DNA from: a virus
Taxonomy: Duplodnaviria; Caudoviricetes
DNA length: 26,729 nt
IMG/VR virus record: IMGVR_UViG_3300012952_000109
Coordinates: 1 to 26,729 of that record
Direction: 5' to 3' (one strand)
In this document: in pieces, positions 16,499-23,541 of the stretch
Numbering within the stretch: the stretch's first letter is position 1
How the letters are laid out: every line of letters starts with the position of its first letter
The notes under the pieces: model-generated
Told to the model about the DNA's origin: nothing
Database searches by the model: none
What the model saw: the letters and a program-made list of their open reading frames with translations, nothing else
Translations under genes and position numbers: made by a program

Positions 16499-16913
16499 AA
16501 CTGCCAAACCTCGACGTGCCACTCCGTCCGAACCTAAACTGCCGTACCGTGGCGAACCAGAACGCGCGCCGCGCTAACATGCTAGACCGTAACTGCCATA
16601 CTTTACCGAACCGACCCGTGACTTACCTGACGCCGCGACACCCCAACTGCCTTAACGCACGAGGGCATACCTAACTGCGACCAACCATAACTGCCATAAC
16701 CAAGACTTACCGGACCCGAACGCACCGAGACTCGCGCCACCTAAACTGCCATACCGAGAGCCACCATGCCGAACAGCACATTACCACTCGTTACCTCACC
16801 TTGACTGCCTCACCAAAACAAACCAAACCGCATCTCGCCTGCGCCTCACCTTGACTGCCATAACGGACCGGAACACGCGGCACCTTGCGCCGGCAAAACT
16901 GACCGCAACTGCC
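16499..16913 (-). repeat. non-coding array: 9 short repeats (minus strand GGCAGTY) separating 8 variable units with 5-nt GGY-NN periodicity; candidate guide-RNA array
   Basis: Plus-strand RACTGCC at 16499, 16537, 16591, 16645, 16689, 16744, 16803, 16853, 16907; periods 38, 54, 54, 44, 55, 59, 50, 54; units parse as NN-RCC-NN-RCC; GC-rich relative to flanks; no ORF in the track. Confidence 0.93.
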
Positions 16914-17319
16914 AAAAGATAGCTAGAATTACGCTAGTGTAGGGGGGCCTGCTTTATACCCTAATCTCGGTTCTGTTTTTATTTCAAACTTACCAACGGC
17001 CCAGATCACGGTTGTAATCCTAGCTAAATGTTAGATGTAATACACAATGCTATTTTTAGTAATATCAGGTCAGAGTCGTCAAACGGTTAACAGCTCCTAC
17101 TGTTAATTTAATTTAAAATTAAGGGACTATAAATAGTTTTTATAGCCTTGAATGAGGGCTCTTTTTAAAAATCAAGTGGTTCTGCAGATTCACTATTTTC
17201 ATACGGTCAATTACTCTTCAATTGCACTATGTATTACAGAAACTGGTGTGTGACTAAGGTTAGAAGCTGACTTGATTTATTCTAACTTCTCTAGATTCAG
17301 CACATAGCCACACGGGAAC
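16914..17319 (-). ncRNA. structured non-coding leader upstream of the array (putative)
   Basis: Stems 16922-16932/17014-17024, 17087-17106 and 17248-17256/17305-17313; mismatches become G-U pairs only on the minus strand. Confidence 0.45.
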
Positions 17320-17832
17320 TTACGCAGCTTTTTTACCTTTCTTTTTCTTAGAAGCACGCGCAACTTTTCTTTCAAGTTGTTCACGTCTTTTAGTAATAGG
17401 TTCTTTAGCTACTTTTAATGCTGTTTTAGAAACTCCTTTAAGAAGATTTAAAGACTGTAATTGGTCTTGTAAAGCATCCATACGAGCTTCTAGTTGAGAA
17501 AATATTTGTAGTACAAGTTCAGAATCCTGCACAGCTTGGGCTGTATGTACAAATTCTCTGCCTTCTTCCCTATTAACACTTATAAAAGCGCTTACTGTAC
17601 GTTCCTCATGGTCCGTAATTATGATCTGCGCTCTAGTAATAAGCATATTGGCTTGATGTAAACGCCACTTTTGTGCAGCACTTGAATCATCCCAATTGAA
17701 ATAAGGATGTAAGGGGTGTCTTTTCTTTTTAGCCTCTTTTAAGACGGCAGACGCCGAAAGAGTCCCATAAGTCTTTTGGATCTTAAGTAACTCTTTCGTT
17801 ATATCTGCTTTAGGCTTTACACCTCTAGGCAT
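17320..17832 (-). CDS. partner protein of the Cas7-like gene (basic, helical, function unknown)
   Basis: 170 aa; 'G.L....VL.EA.....PLH.YF.WDD..AA..WRL.QA..LI' motif; 1-nt TAATG overlap with the RAMP gene stop. Confidence 0.8.
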   Translation of the reverse strand: MPRGVKPKADITKELLKIQKTYGTLSASAVLKEAKKKRHPLHPYFNWDDSSAAQKWRLHQANMLITRAQIIITDHEERTVSAFISVNREEGREFVHTAQAVQDSELVLQIFSQLEARMDALQDQLQSLNLLKGVSKTALKVAKEPITKRREQLERKVARASKKKKGKKAA

Positions 17833-18425
17833 TATGCACCTACCTCGAAAGTTCCGAATGTACCATTCTTTTCAGGTCTCCATTCGCCGACTCCTACGGT
17901 TTGTCCACCGTGGTTTAACAGGTTAGCTATTTGTTCAATAGTTATTCTGTCTGCGTCAAACTTAACAAGCAGTTCTGCTTTCCAGTTTCTAAACTCTGGT
18001 CTGAACCTTAAGTCCTTACCAGTTTTTACATTTACTGGATCTTTACGCAAGACTGGTTTGTTGCTCTTGATAGAGACACACTCACCGTCTGGTGCGTTGG
18101 GCAGAACGAAAAACAAAGTTCTTGTGTCAGTCATTGCTAGACCAAGACCTTTACCTGCACGAACTGCACATTGTTTGAAAGCTGATGCTGGAAAGCCAAA
18201 GCTACCATCGTCTTGCTTGTAAGCAGACTTGATATATTCTTTCTTTGGATCTACAGCTGTACGAGTAGACTTCTTAGCCTTACCTGCACGCACATCTTCC
18301 ATTTGTTGAATGATGGTTTCTTTCATCTTATTTTGAATAAGAGGAGTTAAACCTGTTACTTTTAATTTCACCTGTTGGAAATTAGGTGGATTTATAACGA
18401 TTTTGACATCTTTAGTAGTTGCCAT
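17832..18425 (-). CDS. stand-alone Cas7-like RAMP-superfamily RNA-binding protein
   Basis: 197 aa; first strand 'LKVTGLTPLI', 'GFPASAFKQC' (compare IPGSSLKG of Cas7/Csm3 group), 'RPEF..W', C-terminal Gly-rich loop 'GGQTVGVGEWRPEKNGTFGTFEV'; GGAG RBS. Confidence 0.82.
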   Translation of the reverse strand: MATTKDVKIVINPPNFQQVKLKVTGLTPLIQNKMKETIIQQMEDVRAGKAKKSTRTAVDPKKEYIKSAYKQDDGSFGFPASAFKQCAVRAGKGLGLAMTDTRTLFFVLPNAPDGECVSIKSNKPVLRKDPVNVKTGKDLRFRPEFRNWKAELLVKFDADRITIEQIANLLNHGGQTVGVGEWRPEKNGTFGTFEVGA

Positions 18426-18444
18426 ATCTTTCTCTCCGTTGGTT

Positions 18445-18560
18445 AAACAAAAAACATACCAGTGTTTAGTAACTGAGCACCTATGGGATAAGTCCTCTCT
18501 GCAGTTACTAAACTTAAGCCGCCTGGTATAACCACAGCTTTAACAGGAGCAGAGAGTCCT
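18445..18560 (-). promoter_or_regulatory. structured leader/attenuator-like element upstream of the RAMP gene
   Basis: Perfect 12-bp IR 18464-18475/18502-18513 plus 7-bp outer stem 18456-18462/18523-18529, followed on the minus strand by GTTTTTTGTTT; alternative 8-bp stem 18495-18502/18549-18556. Confidence 0.55.
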
Positions 18561-18561
18561 T

Positions 18562-18888
18562 TTATCGGTTTCTCCATTCCGGCTCTACCTCAACCCACTC
18601 AACATCAGGTACGTCTAAACGTAACTTCATTATTTTCACGGGTCGTTTGGTAATTGTTAGGCGTTCATGAACTACAGTTTTCTTTAAAATAAATAGAACA
18701 ATAGTCACGAACAACCCACCTAGCATTGCCGAAGCCATGCCAGAAAATGTTCCCATAAAACTAATTACAAGAACTATTGTGATAAGGACATCAAAAAAGA
18801 TATCCATTCCAATGGTTTTTCGACCACCTAGTTTAAGCGCTAGCAATAGAAGCCCTAACGCGCTCCCTATACCTACGAGTAACATCAT
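18562..18888 (-). CDS. multi-pass membrane protein
   Basis: 108 aa with about three hydrophobic helices; GGAG RBS. Confidence 0.8.
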   Translation of the reverse strand: MMLLVGIGSALGLLLLALKLGGRKTIGMDIFFDVLITIVLVISFMGTFSGMASAMLGGLFVTIVLFILKKTVVHERLTITKRPVKIMKLRLDVPDVEWVEVEPEWRNR

Positions 18889-18988
18889 TGCGATCTCTCC
18901 AAATTAAATAGGCCATATAGCCAAATTGGATTGCTTCCATAAGAATCCACAATAAAGAATATAATGTAGCTGTAACAGATGACATCAT
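18833..18988 (-). CDS. small membrane protein (51 aa)
   Basis: Manual translation MMSSVTATLYSLLWILMEAIQFGYMAYLIWRDRND...; GGAG RBS; overlaps neighbours. Confidence 0.55.
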   Translation of the reverse strand: MMSSVTATLYSLLWILMEAIQFGYMAYLIWRDRNDVTRRYRERVRASIASA

Positions 18989-19161
18989 TTTCTCCATAAA
19001 AGGTAACCTAACAAACCTATTGCAATTGCAATAGAACCAACTACCACTAAGTGGTAGGCATAGGAAGCTAGTAACATTAAAGTTAATATAACTATGCTTC
19101 CTACAATCAGTGATGACTTATAATCATCAATGAAACTATTAAAATTTTCTTTTAATTTCAT
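18985..19161 (-). CDS. small two-helix membrane protein (58 aa)
   Basis: Manual translation MKLKENFNSFIDDYKSSLIVGSIVILTLMLLASYAYHLVVVGSIAIAIGLLGYLLWRK; ATGA overlaps at both ends. Confidence 0.65.
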   Translation of the reverse strand: MKLKENFNSFIDDYKSSLIVGSIVILTLMLLASYAYHLVVVGSIAIAIGLLGYLLWRK

Positions 19162-20288
19162 GCTACTTCCTCTAAAACTCCTTCCATGAATACGACTTCA
19201 CCAAAAGGAGCATCATGTTTTACAGTTGTAATCCATAACATTGGAAATTCAGGTGGTGAATCGGGAAAATCACCCTCTAAATCTGTGAAATAGATACAAG
19301 CTGTTGTTAATGGATAATGCTCCTGCACATATTCGATAGCAGGAACAAAACTTGTTCCACCTCTTCCTTTATATTCAAATTTCAAAGGTAGATCTTCTCT
19401 TGTGTACGTAACTGCAGAATGTACATCTGCATCGCACTGTATAAAATTAACTGCTGATGGGTTCAAATCTTGTAATATAGATGAGGTTTCATTACTGAAA
19501 TATGAAAGTTCAGAATCTGATACGGATCCAGAAGTATCTACAATTATAGATATTTCTTCTAAAGCAGGGTTGTACATACCAGGTAGATATAACCCTTGTG
19601 ATATTAACCTTCTATTAAATCTTATCCATGAATAATCAGATTTATCTTGTCCTCTTAGAAATCTCGCTAATAATATTCTCCAATCTAATATTGGAGTAAC
19701 AGCTTCTTCAATTATACTTTCTAAATTACCAGGTAAATTACCTTTAGCTTTAGCCTCATTAGCTGCAGCTACAGTTGCTACTGTCCAATCTGTTTGTGCT
19801 TTAGCAGTAGAATTTTTAGCAGAGTCTGGGTGATCTAAAACACCGCCACACTGGCCTGGATCACAACCCCATTGAGAATCATCATCTTCTTCTTCATGTG
19901 GTAGTAAAGAATAAATGTGTTCAGCACCCATATCTGCGTATGTATCGTCCCATACTCCACCTGGTGGAAGACTGAATCCTATTTCTCTTAGATTTAAATT
20001 GATTGCGTGATCACATGCTATATTCCATTTTTTATGTGTACGCTCATCTCTTCTAAATATGTGCTGTAAAACACAGTGCATAACTTCATGAGCTAGAAAT
20101 CCAATGCGTTCAAATCTATTTAATTTTAAGAACCAATGTGGGTTGTAGTAAAGATGCACACCGTCGGTAGCGCCGGTTGGAAATTTGTCTGTTTCTACAG
20201 GTTTTAGCCTCATACATAAAGTACCAAAGAAAGGTTGATCTATAATTAACTTTGCTCTGGCTTTTGTATATTCGATGTCTGCTAACAT
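19158..20288 (-). CDS. metallopeptidase + VWA-like domain protein (DUF2201 type)
   Basis: ATDG..LYYNP, HEVMH (HExxH), WNIACDHAIN, MIDAS DTSGS, GRGGTSF, YFTDLEG. Confidence 0.92.
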   Translation of the reverse strand: MLADIEYTKARAKLIIDQPFFGTLCMRLKPVETDKFPTGATDGVHLYYNPHWFLKLNRFERIGFLAHEVMHCVLQHIFRRDERTHKKWNIACDHAINLNLREIGFSLPPGGVWDDTYADMGAEHIYSLLPHEEEDDDSQWGCDPGQCGGVLDHPDSAKNSTAKAQTDWTVATVAAANEAKAKGNLPGNLESIIEEAVTPILDWRILLARFLRGQDKSDYSWIRFNRRLISQGLYLPGMYNPALEEISIIVDTSGSVSDSELSYFSNETSSILQDLNPSAVNFIQCDADVHSAVTYTREDLPLKFEYKGRGGTSFVPAIEYVQEHYPLTTACIYFTDLEGDFPDSPPEFPMLWITTVKHDAPFGEVVFMEGVLEEVA

Positions 20289-20440
20289 TTATCTTTCTCC
20301 TGTTCTAATCTTTTAGCTATATCTGCTTGTCTTCTACCTTCTTTGACACCTGCAAGGAAACTAGAAGACTGTATTTCTATAAATAATTTCGCCATTTCAA
20401 TAGCGTAATTATCCTGAGGGGCTTTAGGTTTTTTTGCCAT
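20282..20440 (-). CDS. small hypothetical protein (52 aa)
   Basis: Manual translation MAKKPKAPQDNYAIEMAKLFIEIQ...; fills the gap between neighbours. Confidence 0.6.
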   Translation of the reverse strand: MAKKPKAPQDNYAIEMAKLFIEIQSSSFLAGVKEGRRQADIAKRLEQEKDKC

Positions 20441-20442
20441 AA

Positions 20443-21108
20443 TTAATCGTCCAATAAACTTGATGTTAAAATTGAGGTATTTAGATCTGATTCCATGCCC
20501 TCGACCAACGCTCTACGGTCATCAGCTTGCTGCTTACGAACAGAGCGCTCATTTACTTTTTGTAGTTTTTCTTGAGGCACATGTGCTGCACCTGCTGGCC
20601 AAGCTTTTACGAATTGGTTTATGGTAGAACAAGCTTCTATAACTCTTTCTATTTTTTCCATATGTACATCTAAATCAGAAAGCATTCTTTCATTATTTTG
20701 AAGTTTCGTAAGTATCTCAGCATGATATGGATTTTCTTTAGGTAAAGATATTGTAGCTCCTCTGTCTTCAATGAACCTAGCTTCAAAACTCATAGACATC
20801 TGTAGGGTGTCATATAAACGATTTGGTCCATAAGAATGACCTATAGATTTGGGATCAACATAATCACTAAGATTTATTCCTTCTAAACTTAAAGAGTAAG
20901 TTGATTTTTTTGATACATCAAAACTTAAGTTCTCAAGTTCATCTAATTGTTTAACAATAGGCTCTACACGATTTTTATATTCATCTCTATAGATCCTATC
21001 TGCTAGTTCTTCTGTAAAGAACTCAAATGGTTGTGATTTTATAAAAGCTGTACGAGCGTTATTTTTAATCTCGCCTTGCACATCTCTTGACATTCTTACT
21101 GTTGCCAT
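20443..21108 (-). CDS. Nmad5-like protein, paralog 1
   Basis: MATVRMS N-terminus and 'CSTINQFVKAWPAG...VP' motif typical of Nmad5-type proteins; AAGGAG RBS. Confidence 0.6.
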   Translation of the reverse strand: MATVRMSRDVQGEIKNNARTAFIKSQPFEFFTEELADRIYRDEYKNRVEPIVKQLDELENLSFDVSKKSTYSLSLEGINLSDYVDPKSIGHSYGPNRLYDTLQMSMSFEARFIEDRGATISLPKENPYHAEILTKLQNNERMLSDLDVHMEKIERVIEACSTINQFVKAWPAGAAHVPQEKLQKVNERSVRKQQADDRRALVEGMESDLNTSILTSSLLDD

Positions 21109-21117
21109 ATTTTCTCC

Positions 21118-21903
21118 TTAATTGGTTAATTTTGAGGTTAGTATTGCTGCATTCATTTGTTCTTTAAAATCAGAATCTAATGTTTTTGCAGCAATTAAAC
21201 TTTTATGAGTCATTTCTGTATTTTTAGCTGGCCCTAACATTTGTTGTATGTATTCTTGAGGTACTATATTTTCAGCACCTGGCCACTCATCTAAGAATTT
21301 CTTTAAAGTAGTACAATTTTCTAAAAAGGTATCTAGTGTAGTTATAGAGTCTTCTACACCAAGAGATCCTTCACTGAATTGCTTAACTAATTTAATTATT
21401 TCTTTATCAGTAATGCAAAAACCATTTTGGATCGAGGTTTGATTATCATATGAGCTATACCAATAATTTTGATTAACAATCATAGGTTTTTCACCTGACA
21501 TAGGTATTTGGACTCCTACTTCTCCAGGATACCTGTCTCGCCTACCAGAATATTTGTTATCTTTTGAAGTCCAATTATCTCTAATAGAAAAGTTTTTTAT
21601 TTCTGTAACTTCTTCTCCACTAGCTAAATTTTCAATGTGATTTGGACATAAAATTACTACTAATTCTTCTGAAGAACGTTGGTTAAGCATGTTTTTACGC
21701 TTCTGTGCAGAACCGTCATAAGAATTTATTAATTTTTCAGTTAGCTGCAACCACTCTACTTCTAAAGGAGAATGTACCATTTCATATAGTTTATCGCCTA
21801 GATTTACTATATCTGGATTATTTTGAGTAGTTGCAACTAACGCCTCACGAAACTTATTTAAAATGCTAGATCTTAAATTTTTTGTCATTCTTACACTTGC
21901 CAT
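21118..21903 (-). CDS. Nmad5-like protein, paralog 2
   Basis: MASVRMT N-terminus and 'CTTLKKFLDEWPGAENIVP'; AAGGAG RBS. Confidence 0.6.
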   Translation of the reverse strand: MASVRMTKNLRSSILNKFREALVATTQNNPDIVNLGDKLYEMVHSPLEVEWLQLTEKLINSYDGSAQKRKNMLNQRSSEELVVILCPNHIENLASGEEVTEIKNFSIRDNWTSKDNKYSGRRDRYPGEVGVQIPMSGEKPMIVNQNYWYSSYDNQTSIQNGFCITDKEIIKLVKQFSEGSLGVEDSITTLDTFLENCTTLKKFLDEWPGAENIVPQEYIQQMLGPAKNTEMTHKSLIAAKTLDSDFKEQMNAAILTSKLTN

Positions 21904-21913
21904 AATTTTCTCC

Positions 21914-22942
21914 TTATAAAATTACTGTTGAATTTTTAGACGCCCAATTTTGAAAGTCTGGTTGAAATCTAAACTGCTCTTCTCTATTTATAGCGTCACG
22001 CATGAGTATTACTTGAAACTCAGGTGCCATTTTGTCGGCTATCTTACAAATAGTTTGACAGTTATCTTTAGTTGCACGTGCTGCTACTGCACCACATACA
22101 GCATAAAGTACAGAAACCTGATCTTTATCAACGTTAAAACTGTTAGGTTCTTTCATTAATTTATCTATATCAGGCATATGTTCTCTATGCTCTAAGAACG
22201 TAATCATTTCACCTGCAGGTCCATCGCCTACTAGCGAAGCAATATCGTAATATCTATTTTGTTCGTTGATATCTGCTGATTTTTCATGGTATCCCAGCTT
22301 GAATTTACGGTCTACGAACTCCCACGTTCTAGGGGTCGGAAATGCATAGTCATCTGGGTTGAAGCTGTTTAATAGGTCTGATTTCATTCTTAAGAAAGAA
22401 ATGATTGAGTCGTCTATTCCTTTTTTGTTTGCCCACTTACACCAGTCTTCTAAATTGGGACTTAATGTATAGTGTGCAAATCTATTCTTAGCCGCAGTTG
22501 GCATTTGGAATACAGCTGCTCTATCAGTAATTCTATTACCAGCTGCGATGATTCCCCAACCGTCAGGCAATTGATATTCGCCTATCCTACCTGTTAACAG
22601 TAACTGCAAAAATGCATTCTGTGTTGCTGGTGGAGCAGTTGGTAGCTCATCTATAAAAAGTATACCTGCTGAACCATCTGATTCAGTAGGAAATATACTA
22701 GGTATTGCCCATTCGGTAGTTGAAATAGCCGCATCTCTTACAATGTGAGGCACACCTCTTATATCGACTGGGTCAAATAGATTGGCTCTTAAATCTAGAA
22801 CCTTTCTACTTAAAGATTCACCTATCTGCATAGTTATATCTGACTTACCAATGCCTGGGCTTCCCCATATCATTGTATTTACATTAGATCTAAGATTTCT
22901 TACAGCTTGTGAAACTAATAACTTTGGACTTATCTCCTGCAT
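21914..22942 (-). CDS. MoxR/dynein-related AAA+ ATPase
   Basis: GSPGIGKS Walker A, DPVDIRGVP, LFIDE Walker B, AAGN sensor, NRF arginine finger, PTPRTW. Confidence 0.93.
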   Translation of the reverse strand: MQEISPKLLVSQAVRNLRSNVNTMIWGSPGIGKSDITMQIGESLSRKVLDLRANLFDPVDIRGVPHIVRDAAISTTEWAIPSIFPTESDGSAGILFIDELPTAPPATQNAFLQLLLTGRIGEYQLPDGWGIIAAGNRITDRAAVFQMPTAAKNRFAHYTLSPNLEDWCKWANKKGIDDSIISFLRMKSDLLNSFNPDDYAFPTPRTWEFVDRKFKLGYHEKSADINEQNRYYDIASLVGDGPAGEMITFLEHREHMPDIDKLMKEPNSFNVDKDQVSVLYAVCGAVAARATKDNCQTICKIADKMAPEFQVILMRDAINREEQFRFQPDFQNWASKNSTVIL

Positions 22943-22963
22943 AATTTTCTCCTTGTATTATTA

Positions 22964-23254
22964 TTACTCTTCATTAAAGTTATATTTATCTAACGGCTCT
23001 AGGTCCGCATCAATAAAGTCTTCAACCTCAAAAGTTATTTTAATTTTGACGTTTTCTGGGTATTGGAGCCTATGTTTTTTAACTATATTCTCTAAAATAT
23101 CTTCATCTATAACTTGTGAAAGAGTATCTAAGTCTATTCCAGATGTATCACCCCAAGGGAATCTTAATTTCTGATAAGGTTTAAATACTTCTGTATGTAC
23201 AGAGCCGTCTTCTACTTTAAAGGTAGCAGATATTTGCATATTTTCTAAAATCAT
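22964..23254 (-). CDS. hypothetical protein
   Basis: ORF track 22964..23326; internal ATG at 23254 has GGAG RBS, and the upstream part overlaps hairpins. Confidence 0.7.
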   Translation of the reverse strand: MILENMQISATFKVEDGSVHTEVFKPYQKLRFPWGDTSGIDLDTLSQVIDEDILENIVKKHRLQYPENVKIKITFEVEDFIDADLEPLDKYNFNEE

Positions 23255-23541
23255 AATTTCTCCAATTTGCGTACAACATGCGACATGTACTGTCGCACAT
23301 GTACAAAAATTGTCGTAGTTCTCCAATATCAGGCGAAGCAGTGAATTTACTACTTACAGTGGACCACCTACCGTCTCGCGAGATCTTGGCGTACGTCCTG
23401 CGGTCAATTGGTTTCCCTACGACAATCTGTTTAGATGAATAATGGCTCACGTGTTTGATACTGACCTAGTTTTTAACCTAGAGTTTTTATATGTAACCTA
23501 GGGTCTAAAGATTCCACGTAGGTAACGTGAGCCAAAATTCG

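Noticed and set aside
16672-16680. TAACTGCGA as a tenth array repeat
   Set aside because: Lacks the final C and falls in register as ordinary dinucleotide-triplet slots within a 44-nt unit.
16860-16906. Self-target of this unit in the VWA gene (plus-strand dinucleotides GG GG AC GC TT resemble the GGTSF codons)
   Set aside because: Only four of ten dinucleotides fit the GGT-GGA-ACA-AGT-TTT stretch; not convincing. A full gapped search could not be done by eye.
16499-16913. Canonical CRISPR array
   Set aside because: Repeats are only 7 nt, the intervening units have internal 5-nt periodicity rather than foreign-looking sequence, and no cas1/cas2/cas6 is visible.
23217-23450. 77-aa minus-strand ORF
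   Set aside because: No clear RBS, overlaps the better-supported gene starting at 23254, and coincides with strong stem-loops; not fully excluded.
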